The notes: generated from the sequence alone by a model not told the origin. Counted from the first letter of the stretch, positions 17,688 to 30,684 are shown. The stretch: DNA of 32,000 nucleotides from Planctopirus limnophila DSM 3776 (GCF_000092105.1 NC_014148.1:210001-242000); one strand, 5' to 3'. Made by a program: numbers and translations.

Positions 17688-18353
17688 TGGTTATCTTCTG
17701 GATGGCTTCGAAAGTTTGTTGAACGGACTGCAGTTTTGATGTTCGGCCTTGAAGTTGGAGCGTTCTCGTGCAAGAGCCACTCGTAACAAGAATCCCCTCA
17801 GTTCTGGACGATCCTTCGTCTCTGGGCGTGGCTCGTGTTTACGCAGAAGCATTGCTTGGGGCTGCCGGTGATCAGGCCAGCGAAGTTGTCGAAGAACTCG
17901 AGCTGTTCACGAAGACCTTGCTGAATGGTTCGACGGGGCTTGAAGAGGTTTTTGCGAATCAGGCTTTGGGTCGAGATGAGAAACTGGCGTTTGTTGAAAA
18001 GACCTTTACAGGACGAGCCAGTGAAGTCCTGGTGAGATTTTTACAGGTTCTGGCCCAACATGACCGGCTCGACCTCGTGCGAGCAGTGAGCCATGTGGCC
18101 GCATTGGAATTGCAGAAGAAATTGGGGCGTAAGCAGGTGCAGGTGACCAGTGCGGCACCGCTGAGCCCTCAAGAATATGAGGCGGTTGTCAATCGCCTGA
18201 AAGAGACTTTAGGCCTTGAACCTCAGGTGGAAGTCAAGGTCGATCCGGAATTGGTAGGCGGTCTCGTGGTCCGTGTCGGTGACATGGTCTACGACGGTTC
18301 GCTGCGAACACGGCTTGAACAACTCCGCGCTCAGTTGCGCGAAAGGTGTCTGA

Positions 18354-19865
<1,512 letters not shown>

Positions 19866-20002
19866 ATCAAAGGATTCCGCCCATCGACTGAGACATGCCA
19901 ATCATGATCTCAGTCGAACACGGAATCGCTTGATCATGAGCTGAGGTATCTGGCAAACGTTGTCTCTTGTGTTTTTTCTGGATGGAGAGGTCAGGTCGTT
20001 AC

Positions 20003-20896
20003 ATGGCCAAAGCACGAGCAATCGTCAAGCGGCTCAAAGCCGTCCGCAATATCAAAAAGATCACGCGGACTATGGAACTGGTGGCTACTGCCAAGTTCAA
20101 GAAGGCGATGGAGCGTGCTCTCGAAGCGACCGCTTACACCCGTAAGCTGGCAGAAATCGTCGCTGACGTTTCCGCCTCATTGGGGGAAAGTGGCGAGGAG
20201 AGTGCGGTCTCGCATCCGCTCCTGGCAGTCAGGCCGCAGGTCAAGAAACGGCTTCTGCTGGTCATCACGTCGAATCGAGGTTTGTGTGGTGGCTACAACG
20301 CAGGTGTGCTGCGTGTGGCTGGCCAGCTCCTGAGAAGTCGTGACCTGGCTGTCTCTCTCGACATGGAAGTTTCGGGTAAGCGGGGCATCAACTTTTACAA
20401 GTTCCAGCGTCAGCCCGTTGTGAGGACTTACACCCAGTTTGAAGACAAGCCGACATTTGCCCAGATTGAAGAAATCGCCAATCGCATTATGGATCAGTAC
20501 ATCGCTGGTGAAATCGACCAGTTTGATGTGGCCTTCATGCAGTTTCAGGGAATTGCCAAGCAAAAGCCGGTGGTCGAAACCTTGCTTCCTATTGGAAACC
20601 TGGAATCAGAATCTACTGCGACTGAGGCTGATGCAACCACTGATTATGAATTCCTGCCCTCCCCCGAAGAGATTCTGGGTGAGATTGTGCCGGCATCGTT
20701 CAAGGCACGATTGTTCAAGTGCTTCCTGGATGCTGCCGTCAGTGAGCAGGTTTTCCGCATGGTGGCGATGAAGGGTGCGACAGAGAGTGCCAACGACATG
20801 ATCAAGTCACTCAAACAGCGTTACAACCGAGCCCGCCAGTCACAGATTACTTCCGAACTCAGCGAAATCATTGGAGGAGCCGCCGCTCTGGAGTAG
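20003..20896 (+). CDS. atpG: F0F1 ATP synthase subunit gamma
   Basis: The track start was trimmed to ATG 20003 (GGAGAGG RBS upstream). N-terminus MAKARAIVKRLKAVRNIKKITRTMELVATAKFKKA and C-terminus ITSELSEIIGGAAALE are the hallmark gamma helices. Confidence 0.95.
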   Translation: MAKARAIVKRLKAVRNIKKITRTMELVATAKFKKAMERALEATAYTRKLAEIVADVSASLGESGEESAVSHPLLAVRPQVKKRLLLVITSNRGLCGGYNAGVLRVAGQLLRSRDLAVSLDMEVSGKRGINFYKFQRQPVVRTYTQFEDKPTFAQIEEIANRIMDQYIAGEIDQFDVAFMQFQGIAKQKPVVETLLPIGNLESESTATEADATTDYEFLPSPEEILGEIVPASFKARLFKCFLDAAVSEQVFRMVAMKGATESANDMIKSLKQRYNRARQSQITSELSEIIGGAAALE

Positions 20897-20983
20897 TGGC
20901 AGTCAGTCTTTGAATCCGACCGCACCCCGAACAGAGTTTTTACCGATTATCATCCGATCAGTGTTCTTCAACCTGATCGTTAA

Positions 20984-22483
<1,500 letters not shown>

Positions 22484-22626
22484 TCACCTTGCTGACGATG
22501 GTTTGAACTTGGCCCAGTTGGTATCGCGATGACCTCTGGGCCAGGTGAACGATCCCGGATTGCTAATAACTTAGCGGAACTTTGACTTTCCACGCCCTCC
22601 GAAGCATTTGATTGGGATGGCCGATT

Positions 22627-23028
22627 ATGGCTCTTGGTGACAGTTTGCGACTGACCGTTGTAACGCCTGAAAAACCGGTGATTGACCAGGTGGTGCGGAG
22701 CGTTCAGTTCCCGCTGGCTGATGGTATGACGGGTGTACTTCCCGGTCGCGCCCCATTGATTGGCCGTCTGGGGTATGACGAGCTGGTTTTCATCGACGAC
22801 AGTGGTGAGTCGCGATACTTCGTGGATGGTGGTTTTGTGCAGATCGCTCAGAACGTCGTCACGATTCTGACATCTTCGTGTCGTCCTCTGGCGAGCCTGA
22901 CCCGTGACGAGGCCAGCAAGGTTCTCGATGCGGCTCTTACCAAAAAGGCAACCTCTGATAACGAAGTCAGCCAACGCCAGAAGGAGCAGAATCGAGCACG
23001 TCGCATGCTGGCTCTGGCTGATCAGTAG
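22627..23028 (+). CDS. atpC: F0F1 ATP synthase subunit epsilon
   Basis: The track start TTG 22612 was trimmed to ATG 22627. N-terminal beta-sandwich LRLTVVTPEKPVIDQVVRSVQFPLADGMTGVLPGRAPLIGRL and a C-terminal helical hairpin. It is the last gene of the operon. Confidence 0.9.
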   Translation: MALGDSLRLTVVTPEKPVIDQVVRSVQFPLADGMTGVLPGRAPLIGRLGYDELVFIDDSGESRYFVDGGFVQIAQNVVTILTSSCRPLASLTRDEASKVLDAALTKKATSDNEVSQRQKEQNRARRMLALADQ

Positions 23029-23086
23029 GTTTCCAATCACCAGACTTCAAATCGAGCACTACAAATCCACTGTTGCAACAAGAAGA

Positions 23087-23125
23087 AAAGCCCGATGCTT
23101 AAGTGCATCGGGCTTTCTGATTTTT
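23087..23125. terminator. Bidirectional Rho-independent terminator between convergent atpC and rplS
   Basis: GCCCGATGC / GCATCGGGC 9-bp GC-rich stem with a 6-nt loop. TTTCTGATTTTT follows on the plus strand, and CTTTTCTTCTT follows on the minus strand. Confidence 0.8.
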
Positions 23126-23231
23126 GGATCGACATTCCCTGGATGAAGAAGAGTCCACTCCAGAGTTTCCAGCAAGCCTATCCGGAGCGGAACTGGTGAA
23201 GTTCAACCGGTCAACTTGCTGAAGGTGATGA

Positions 23232-23597
23232 TCACTCGTCGCCCTTCTTCGTGAGTCGTTCGGTGAGGCGAGTGGCCTTACCAACGCGATCGCGGAGGAA
23301 GAACAACTTGGCTCGGCGGACCTTACCGTGACGCTTGACGACGATCTTCGCGACCTTTGGTGAGTGGATCGGGAAGGTACGCTCGACACCTTCACCCGCC
23401 ACAATGCGACGGACGGTGAAGTTCTCGCGGGTTCCCCCATGACGACGGGCAATGACCACGCCATTGAAGATCTGGATACGCTCTTTGTCCCCTTCGAGAA
23501 TACGCTGGTGCACGTCGACGGTGTCACCAATCTCGAATTCGAGAGCATCGGTACGCAGGCTGGATGCTTCCGCCGCCTGCAATAGTTTGTGTTGCAT
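23232..23597 (-). CDS. rplS: 50S ribosomal protein L19
   Basis: 121 aa. [35 protein letters not shown]...FTVRRI...[13 protein letters not shown] is the canonical L19 sequence pattern. Confidence 0.95.
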   Translation of the reverse strand: MQHKLLQAAEASSLRTDALEFEIGDTVDVHQRILEGDKERIQIFNGVVIARRHGGTRENFTVRRIVAGEGVERTFPIHSPKVAKIVVKRHGKVRRAKLFFLRDRVGKATRLTERLTKKGDE

Positions 23598-23684
23598 GAT
23601 TCAAAATCCTCTGGCTGCTTGTCTGCCGGAGTTGCCTGGCATCTCCGGTGAAAAAACTGTGTTAAACGTGCGAAACAACGACAA

Positions 23685-24422
23685 TCACTTCGGCAAAGGC
23701 AAAATCTCGGAGGAAGATCTCATCGCCTGTACGGAAGCTCTTTGAAGCTCCACAGCCGGGCGACGGGTGGCTGTCCTTTCCTGACTTTGCTGTTCTCTCC
23801 AGGCCGCAATGGCCTGATGGTTTCCCTCCAGCAGGACATCGGGAACTTTCATCCCGCGATACTCCCTGGGACGGGTGTACTGCGGATATTCAAGCTGTCC
23901 ACTCTGGGCGAATGATTCATACTTATGGCTGGTTTCGTCACCCAGCACTCCGGGAATCAACCGAATGACAGTGTCGATCAGAAGCATGGCCGGCACTTCA
24001 CCACCATTGGCAATAAAGTCACCCACCGAAACTTCCATCGGCTTCAATCCTTCAGCGATCCGTTCATCAAAACCTTCATAACGACCACATAACAAAACCA
24101 GACGTTTGTGAGTCGAGAGTTCTTCCACCAGACGCTGATCGAGCTTTCGACCCGCTGGCGTGAGCATGATCAGTTGGCCGGGAGCATCTCCCTGAGCCTG
24201 CACATGCTCGACACAATCAAAAACCGGCGGGCACATGATGAGCATGCCTGGCCCACCGCCATAAGGCTTATCGTCAACCGAGTGATGATTATCGGTCGTC
24301 CATTCGCGGAAGTTCCACAGATGCACGCCGACCTTACCTGCTTCAATCGCCTTATTGAGAAGGCTTTGCTGCAGATAGCCAGCGAAGATCCCTGGAAACA
24401 GCGTCAGGACATCGAACCTCAT
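23685..24422 (-). CDS. trmD: tRNA (guanine37-N1)-methyltransferase
   Basis: The track start TTG 24437 was trimmed to ATG 24422, giving the canonical N-terminus MRFDVLTLFPGIF. SPOUT-knot motifs LLCGRYEGFDERI and GDFIANGGEVPAMLLIDTV. Confidence 0.93.
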   Translation of the reverse strand: MRFDVLTLFPGIFAGYLQQSLLNKAIEAGKVGVHLWNFREWTTDNHHSVDDKPYGGGPGMLIMCPPVFDCVEHVQAQGDAPGQLIMLTPAGRKLDQRLVEELSTHKRLVLLCGRYEGFDERIAEGLKPMEVSVGDFIANGGEVPAMLLIDTVIRLIPGVLGDETSHKYESFAQSGQLEYPQYTRPREYRGMKVPDVLLEGNHQAIAAWREQQSQERTATRRPAVELQRASVQAMRSSSEILPLPK

Positions 24423-24527
24423 GGCCTCAGCTTTCAATCGACTTACGTCATATTGAACAATGGATTGTGATCGAAAACTCTCGAATCCACCGGCAGTTTA
24501 GGGCCGATGATTCAACTGGCCGACGAT

Positions 24528-24887
24528 TTAACCTTCTGTGCTTTCGCCACCTTCAGCAGGAGCTTCACCACCTTCGGCGGGAGCAGCTTCCTTGACCTTG
24601 GGAGCAATCAGCGCGGGAGGAGCAGCCTTCACACCGAACTTGTTGGTCTTGATCTTCTTGACGAGTGTAGCCACACGATCAGAGAGGCTGGCGCCGACAC
24701 TGACCCAGTAATCAACACGTTCCAGGTTGATCTTGACACGCTTCGATTTGTCATCGATGGCGGTGTCGTACCAGCCAATTTCTTCGATCGCTTTCCCTTC
24801 ACGGTGAACTCGTGAGTCCATCACACAGATGCGGTAAAATGGACGGTGCTTACGCCCAATCTTCTTCATGCGAATCCGAACTGCCAC
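24528..24887 (-). CDS. rpsP: 30S ribosomal protein S16, with a C-terminal Ala/Pro/Glu/Gly-rich tail
   Basis: GTG start with a GAGGAGGA RBS. MAVRIRMKKIGRKHRPFYRICVMDSR...IGWYD is canonical S16. The tail contains the tandem repeat APAEGGE x2. Confidence 0.93.
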   Translation of the reverse strand: MAVRIRMKKIGRKHRPFYRICVMDSRVHREGKAIEEIGWYDTAIDDKSKRVKINLERVDYWVSVGASLSDRVATLVKKIKTNKFGVKAAPPALIAPKVKEAAPAEGGEAPAEGGESTEG

Positions 24888-25096
24888 TCAATCCTCCTCA
24901 CTCGACCGGGCGAAACACCGACCGACAATTGTCTGCAGATTCAATCGCCTGCAACACACACGCGTTATGAACCTGTAGAGATGCAACCTTCTCAATTCCA
25001 CTCAAAACATCACTCGAAGACTTGCGATTGAAACCACAAAGTTTCGAGCCACCGGAAAATCCCCGGGAGTTCTGCCCGGCAATGCCTGGCGACAGA

Positions 25097-26572
25097 TCAG
25101 CGGTTCTTTTTCCGCTGTTTCTTCGCTTCTTTTCGAGCTTTTTTCTTCTTTTCCGCAGCAAGGTCCGCATCAGCCGGGCCACGTTTGCTGCGTTGTTTCT
25201 GTGCCTGCAAACCCGCTGCAGGATTCATCCCGCCCACTTTGGCCAGGTCCTGCACGGCACGGAAACGATCCTTAACACCCAGCCCGGACATCTTCTGCAT
25301 CATGCTCGACATATTGTCGAAGTCTTTGAGCAAACGATTCACATCGGCAGGATCGGTACCACTTCCGCGGGCAATACGCGTGCGGCGGGAACGATCAATC
25401 CGATCTGGATTTTGCCGTTCATCGAGAGTCATCGAGCTGATGATCGCGTCAATCCGACCCATATCTTTTTCGGCATCAATGTTTTGAAACTGATCGAGCA
25501 GCCCACCCATACCGGGGATCATTTTCATGATATCGCCCAGTGAGCCCAGCCGACGCACCTGCTTCATCTGATTACGGAAGTCTTCCAGCGTGAAGCGGCC
25601 CTTGAGCATTCGCTGCTGCTGCCGCTCCATTTCCTCCGCATCGAACTCTTCCTGGGCTCTTTCGAACAAGGTGACAATATCACCCATTCCCAGAATTCGA
25701 CCGGCCATACGATCCGGATGGAAGGGCTCGAGCCGGTCGAGTTGCTCACCCATCCCGACGAACTTGATCGGGACACCCGTAACCTGCTTGACGCTGATGG
25801 CAGCCCCGCCGCGCGTATCGCCATCGAGCTTGGTGAGAATCACGCCGTCGAGTTCAAGGGCATCGTTGAAAGCCTTGGCCGAGCGAACCGCATCCTGGCC
25901 AGTCATGGCATCGCAGACGAGATAGACCTGATCAGGCTGGACGCGCGAATCGATCTGCTCCAGCTCGAACATCAAGCGGTCGTCAACGTGAAGGCGCCCC
26001 GCCGTATCGAAGATGACGACATTCGCGCCGGCCGTCTTGGCATGAGCCAGACCATTTTTACAGACAGCCACCGGGTTGCCGCCAGGGGCTTCGGCATACA
26101 CGGGAACATCCAGTTGCTGGCCCAGAGTTTTGAGCTGTTCAATAGCCGCAGGTCGCTGCATGTCGGCAGCCACCATCAGAGGTTTCCAGCCTTCGGCCTT
26201 CAACTTGCGGGCCAGTTTGCCGCAAGTGGTCGTTTTACCGGCCCCCTGGAGGCCGCACATCATAATCTTGTTGATGCCATCCCGCCGGAGATGCAGCGAG
26301 TGATCAGTCGGCCCCATGAGGGCAATGAGCTGCTGATGAACAATCCCGATGAGTTGTTCGTCGGGTCGAAGTGATTTGAGAACCTTTTCACCCACAGCCT
26401 CGGCAGTCACTTTTTCAATAAACTGCGTGGCCACGTTGTATTCAACGTCGGCTTCGAGGAGCGCCTGCCGGACTTGCTTAAGTCCTTCGCGGATATTGGC
26501 TTCGGTCAATTTCCCAGAACGGAAAATGCCCGTGAGAGCCCCTTGCAGGCCTTGGGTAATCGATTCAAACAT
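25097..26572 (-). CDS. ffh: Signal recognition particle protein Ffh
   Basis: 491 aa. N domain, then a G domain with [20 protein letters not shown] and TKLDGD. Met-rich M domain (MKMIPGMGG...MSSMMQKM). Lys-rich C-terminal tail. Confidence 0.96.
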   Translation of the reverse strand: MFESITQGLQGALTGIFRSGKLTEANIREGLKQVRQALLEADVEYNVATQFIEKVTAEAVGEKVLKSLRPDEQLIGIVHQQLIALMGPTDHSLHLRRDGINKIMMCGLQGAGKTTTCGKLARKLKAEGWKPLMVAADMQRPAAIEQLKTLGQQLDVPVYAEAPGGNPVAVCKNGLAHAKTAGANVVIFDTAGRLHVDDRLMFELEQIDSRVQPDQVYLVCDAMTGQDAVRSAKAFNDALELDGVILTKLDGDTRGGAAISVKQVTGVPIKFVGMGEQLDRLEPFHPDRMAGRILGMGDIVTLFERAQEEFDAEEMERQQQRMLKGRFTLEDFRNQMKQVRRLGSLGDIMKMIPGMGGLLDQFQNIDAEKDMGRIDAIISSMTLDERQNPDRIDRSRRTRIARGSGTDPADVNRLLKDFDNMSSMMQKMSGLGVKDRFRAVQDLAKVGGMNPAAGLQAQKQRSKRGPADADLAAEKKKKARKEAKKQRKKNR

Positions 26573-26982
26573 TGATCATCACTCGGGTTCATCAATTCCG
26601 GAGCGCACAGTATCTGCCGTGCGGCGTCGCCTCAGCGACGATCCAGGCAACAACGTGCCCAGGAGCCGGGGTAAAACTTCCATGTGAAAGAATATAAAGT
26701 GCTTTGATCGCTGACAAGCCACCGCAAGGGAGTGGTTTTTTGTTCAGTTTTTTGAGCCAAGTGGCAAATTGAATCTGTTTTTGGATTCATCTCGCAGAAA
26801 GCAAATTTCTGCCAGACTGCCATAAAACAATCTTATCAACGATCACTCATATGACTGGTTCGATTTACCACCCGGAAACTGATTTTGACAGAGTCTGGCG
26901 AGTGAACTAACTTCCCGCTGGCGTGATGGCCAATCTTCAAGGATGAAGATGGCTCATTCAGGCCTTTTGCGGGGAGCACTTC

Positions 26983-27336
26983 ATGAGACAGGGATGTCGA
27001 CTGGCTGTGGTGGCCGACCAAACGGATACCCATGCCGTACTGGATGCCGTGCTTTCGCCGCAGGGATATGAAGTGACTCGCTTAAGGCGCTACAGCGACC
27101 TCGAAACCAGACACACGACGGCTGACCCTTTCGACATTGTTGTGCTGGATGCGGATGCCATGCCGCACTCGACGGATGCTGAATCGGCAGAGAAGACAGA
27201 AACGCCAGCCATGCGGCATGTGGTTATTGGAACTGTCTCCATAAACCTTAACCCGGAAACGAGGCTGATTTCCAAGCCCTACCAGATGGCGGAATTATTG
27301 CAGACGATTGAATCGCTGTTGCCAGTTCGCCATTAG
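26983..27336 (+). CDS. Divergent single-domain CheY-like receiver protein (possibly a pseudo-receiver)
   Basis: 117 aa with a GGGGAG RBS upstream. Receiver-like landmarks are RLAVVADQTD (beta1 acidic pocket, AD instead of DD), FDIVVLDADMP-like DIVVLDADAMP (putative phospho-acceptor Asp), VVIGTVS (Thr) and ISKPYQMAELL (Lys-Pro). The alpha3 region looks atypical. Confidence 0.4.
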   Translation: MRQGCRLAVVADQTDTHAVLDAVLSPQGYEVTRLRRYSDLETRHTTADPFDIVVLDADAMPHSTDAESAEKTETPAMRHVVIGTVSINLNPETRLISKPYQMAELLQTIESLLPVRH

Positions 27337-27412
27337 ATCATGGGCAAAAGACGAACTGTAGGCGTTTTGATCATAAACGTGCGGGTGGTTTTCGTCACGC
27401 CAGGAGTTCGCC

Positions 27413-27904
27413 ATGATCCATTCGATCCTCGCTGGGGATAGCGGAATGGTGTTGGCCCAGCAGCCGCTCCCGTGGTTGGTCAACTTGTGGATCGCATTTC
27501 TCTCCGTAGTCTTCATCGGCGTCTTCATCGTGGTGGTCATCGCCATCATCAAGGGGCTGCGATGGTTCGAACGGTCGGCAACCAACTCACAGGCTCGGTT
27601 CTTTCAGGATGTGACGGCTTATGTCTGTCCGCCGTCTGAACTCGAAGCAGCGCCTCAGCAACTGGTCATGGTCAAATTCCACACCTATTCGGGAATCATG
27701 ATCTACGTTCTGCAGTACGAGCATCTCTTCTGGGCCACCCCGGCTGATGCCCGGAAAATCCTCTCGCGGATGCACTGGCACAATCTGACCATCGGATTCT
27801 TTGCCTACGGGATCTTGATTGTCCCGCTACTCTCGCTGGCGAATTACGCGATTCAATTAAAATCGATTTCGCGCCAGGAAGCGGAGATAACAAAACAGCC
27901 CTGA
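27413..27904 (+). CDS. Hypothetical membrane protein (two hydrophobic segments flanking a soluble domain)
   Basis: 163 aa. AGGAG RBS 6 nt upstream of the ATG. TM helices LVNLWIAFLSVVFIGVFIVVVIAII and IGFFAYGILIVPLLSLANYAI. I recognise no family. Confidence 0.5.
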   Translation: MIHSILAGDSGMVLAQQPLPWLVNLWIAFLSVVFIGVFIVVVIAIIKGLRWFERSATNSQARFFQDVTAYVCPPSELEAAPQQLVMVKFHTYSGIMIYVLQYEHLFWATPADARKILSRMHWHNLTIGFFAYGILIVPLLSLANYAIQLKSISRQEAEITKQP

Positions 27905-27963
27905 GCTTTGTCGCAATTCACGCTTTGACTCACGCGGGGCGAGCAAAAGCCTCTTTTCATTCA

Positions 27964-29790
27964 TTATTCCGTCATCGAAAGTAAACCGGCAGCACCCGTA
28001 GGGATGGTAGCTTGCCAGGGAACGATGGTCATCATTGATGGATGAGCTTGGGCCACTTCGACAATATACTTCCGCTCAAAGCTCTTGCGGGTCACGAGGC
28101 CCGGATCATACATATCCAGCAGCGAAAGTGATTGATTCACGACCCAGCCCATCGGTTCCATACCTGCCCGCTGAAGATCGGCCTGCAGTAGTCTCGCTTC
28201 ATGCACCGGAGTCGCTTCGGGAAGCGTAATCAGCAGAATGCGTGTCTGCTGATGGTCCCTGAGCACCGGGAGCAGTTGGGCAACTTCCTCAGAGACCTGA
28301 TTGGTAAGCCTCTGAGCTTCTTGATGAAAGGCCATGGCCGCATCAAGCAGGAGAATTGTGTGTCCTGTGGGTGCGGTATCGAGCACCACAATCTGCTGTT
28401 TTCCCCGAGCAACAGTGCGTGCAAAAGCCCGGAACACTGCAATTTCTTCAGTGCAGGGTGACCTGAGATCTTCCTCTAAGAGGGCTCTGCCGGCATCATC
28501 CAGTTGAGCCCCGGCAGTTTGTCTCACTTCTTCGCGATAACGTTCTGTTTCTGCGTGTGCATCAATGCGCTCCACTGAAAGCAGCGGCAACTCGCCAGTT
28601 TCGACCAATCCGACAATATGACCCGCTGGGTCCGTCGTCGTGAGCAGAACATTCCGCCCCAGTTGGGCCAGCCGGATCGCAATAGCAGCGGCAATGGTCG
28701 TTTTGCCCACCCCTCCTTTGCCCATCGTCATGATGACGCCGTGCTCCCTCTGGGCCAGTTCGCTCGTCAATTCCTGCAGACTCTTCCAGGGGGGGAATTC
28801 TTCTTCGGATGTTGGTGTCCCCTGAGCAGATGCTGCTTGTGAATTCGTCACAGTCTCGACGGAATGGCCGAGATGTTGGAGAGCGGCTTTTCCAATGAGG
28901 CCACCGGGTTGGAAAGGGACTGTGATTGACGGAAGTTTTTTCAGTTCATCAGGCAAGGCAGCCAGAGCCGCTTGCATACGCTGTTCCATCGCCATGGCCA
29001 GCGGGTCGGTCGATGTGGCTTCAAAGAGTCCATTGATCACCAGCCATTGCTGCTCAACACCTAAAGCCTGGAGTTCATGACTGGTACGCGCTGCTTCCCG
29101 TATGGCCGAGCTTTCGGGCCGCGTCACGAGCACTAACGTCGTCAGTTCGCCATCGCATAGCGCATGAGCCGTTGCGTGATACAGCTTTTGTTGAGCCGCC
29201 AGCCCTGCCAGTGGGCCAATACAAGTGGTTCCTGTAGTATTGGCATCGAGATAGCTGGCCCAGGAAGAAGGTAACGCCAGGAGCCTGAGAGTGTGCCCCG
29301 TCGGAGCGGCATCAAAAATCACATGGTCGAAATCTTTTGTCGTGCGCTCGTCTCCCAATAATTGAGCGAACTGATCAAAGGCGGCAATCTCGACGGTACA
29401 GGCTCCTGAAAACTGTTCTTCAATGCTAGCGATCGCTGACTCAGGTAAAACCCCGCGATAAGGCCCCACCATCTTCTCTCGATACTCGGCTGCAGCCTGA
29501 TGAGGATCCAGATTCAAACCCCACAAGCCCGGAATATTGTGCACCGGCGTCGGGCGATTGCCGAGTTGTGTTTCAAAAACCTCATCGAGATTTGAAGCAG
29601 GATCGGTGGAAACAATCAGCACGCGACGGCCCGACTCAGCAAGTGCAATAGCCACGGCACTCGCAATCGATGTCTTGCCCACACCCCCCTGCCCCGTAAA
29701 GAACAGATGGCGGGGAGGTTGCTCGACTAAAGGGGCTAACCCACTGGCTATGCTTTTCGTCGTCGCAGTGGGCATCGAGAATCTCCTCAT
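27964..29790 (-). CDS. arsA: Arsenite/antimonite-stimulated ATPase ArsA (two tandem ArsA/Get3 halves)
   Basis: Collinear with E. coli R773 ArsA. Two P-loops, GQGGVGKTS and GKGGVGKTT. Two DTAPTGHT signal-transduction motifs (FDAAPTGHT and LDTAPTGHT). All three metalloid-binding Cys contexts are kept: SGACTVEIAAFDQF, GTTCIGPLAG and DLRSPCTEEIAVFRAF. The second ATG at 29775 has the better RBS (AGGAGA, 6 nt) and may be the true start. Confidence 0.88.
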   Translation of the reverse strand: MRRFSMPTATTKSIASGLAPLVEQPPRHLFFTGQGGVGKTSIASAVAIALAESGRRVLIVSTDPASNLDEVFETQLGNRPTPVHNIPGLWGLNLDPHQAAAEYREKMVGPYRGVLPESAIASIEEQFSGACTVEIAAFDQFAQLLGDERTTKDFDHVIFDAAPTGHTLRLLALPSSWASYLDANTTGTTCIGPLAGLAAQQKLYHATAHALCDGELTTLVLVTRPESSAIREAARTSHELQALGVEQQWLVINGLFEATSTDPLAMAMEQRMQAALAALPDELKKLPSITVPFQPGGLIGKAALQHLGHSVETVTNSQAASAQGTPTSEEEFPPWKSLQELTSELAQREHGVIMTMGKGGVGKTTIAAAIAIRLAQLGRNVLLTTTDPAGHIVGLVETGELPLLSVERIDAHAETERYREEVRQTAGAQLDDAGRALLEEDLRSPCTEEIAVFRAFARTVARGKQQIVVLDTAPTGHTILLLDAAMAFHQEAQRLTNQVSEEVAQLLPVLRDHQQTRILLITLPEATPVHEARLLQADLQRAGMEPMGWVVNQSLSLLDMYDPGLVTRKSFERKYIVEVAQAHPSMMTIVPWQATIPTGAAGLLSMTE

Positions 29791-29832
29791 GTGTTCAGCA
29801 GGCAGATTGAAGGCAGCGATTTCCCATCGAGA

Positions 29833-30684
29833 TCAAACCTCAGGGAACCACTCACCAGTAAAAACTTCGGTCGCGGGGCCCGTCATAAAGACTTCCTTTT
29901 CATCGGGCCATTCAATCTCGAGATCACCACCAGGAAGATGAATCAGTGCCTGATGGTCAGTCCGACCAGAGAGCACACCTGCCACGAGTGTGGCACAAGC
30001 TCCCGTTCCACACGCCTGAGTTTCACCACTGCCACGTTCCCAGACACGCAATTGAATTTCGGTCCGCGAAAGGACCTGTGCGAACTCGGCATTCACCCGG
30101 CGTGGAAAAGCGGCATGCACTTCGACTTGCGGCCCAAGGCCCAGCACCCAGGCATCCGTCAGCTCATCCACAAATGTCACGCAATGCGGATTCCCCATCG
30201 AAACACAGGTGACGGAGATGGTTTTGTCGCCCACAACCAGCGGTTGATTCACAGGCGGATCCCCGGGCAATGCTGTGGGGATATCAGCACTTTTGAGAAT
30301 CGGTGTCCCCATGTTGACGCGGACACGTTCCGCCTTACCAGAAGAGCCCGCAAACATCTGGAGAGTCAACACACCTCGGCCAGTCTCAATTCTGAGTTCA
30401 GGCTTTTTGGCAATGCCGTGATCATAGACATACTTGGCCACACAGCGAACGCCGTTGCCGCACATTTCCGATTCGCTGCCGTCGGCATTGAACATCTGCA
30501 TGCGGGCATCGCCGCGTTCGGATGGGCCAATGAGGATCAGCCCGTCGCCACCAATTCCCTTGTAGCGGTTCGAAACGATTCGGGCCAAATCGGGCGCAGC
30601 GAGCGGAAGTTTCTCTGCGAACAGATTCACATAGACGTAATCATTGCCGATTCCATGCATTTTAGTGAAACGCATCGAAGTCAT
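29833..30684 (-). CDS. dapF: Diaminopimelate epimerase
   Basis: The track ORF (start 30780) was trimmed to ATG 30684, giving [19 protein letters not shown], the canonical DapF N-terminus. Both catalytic Cys motifs are present ([10 protein letters not shown] and ACGTGACA). Confidence 0.93.
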   Translation of the reverse strand: MTSMRFTKMHGIGNDYVYVNLFAEKLPLAAPDLARIVSNRYKGIGGDGLILIGPSERGDARMQMFNADGSESEMCGNGVRCVAKYVYDHGIAKKPELRIETGRGVLTLQMFAGSSGKAERVRVNMGTPILKSADIPTALPGDPPVNQPLVVGDKTISVTCVSMGNPHCVTFVDELTDAWVLGLGPQVEVHAAFPRRVNAEFAQVLSRTEIQLRVWERGSGETQACGTGACATLVAGVLSGRTDHQALIHLPGGDLEIEWPDEKEVFMTGPATEVFTGEWFPEV

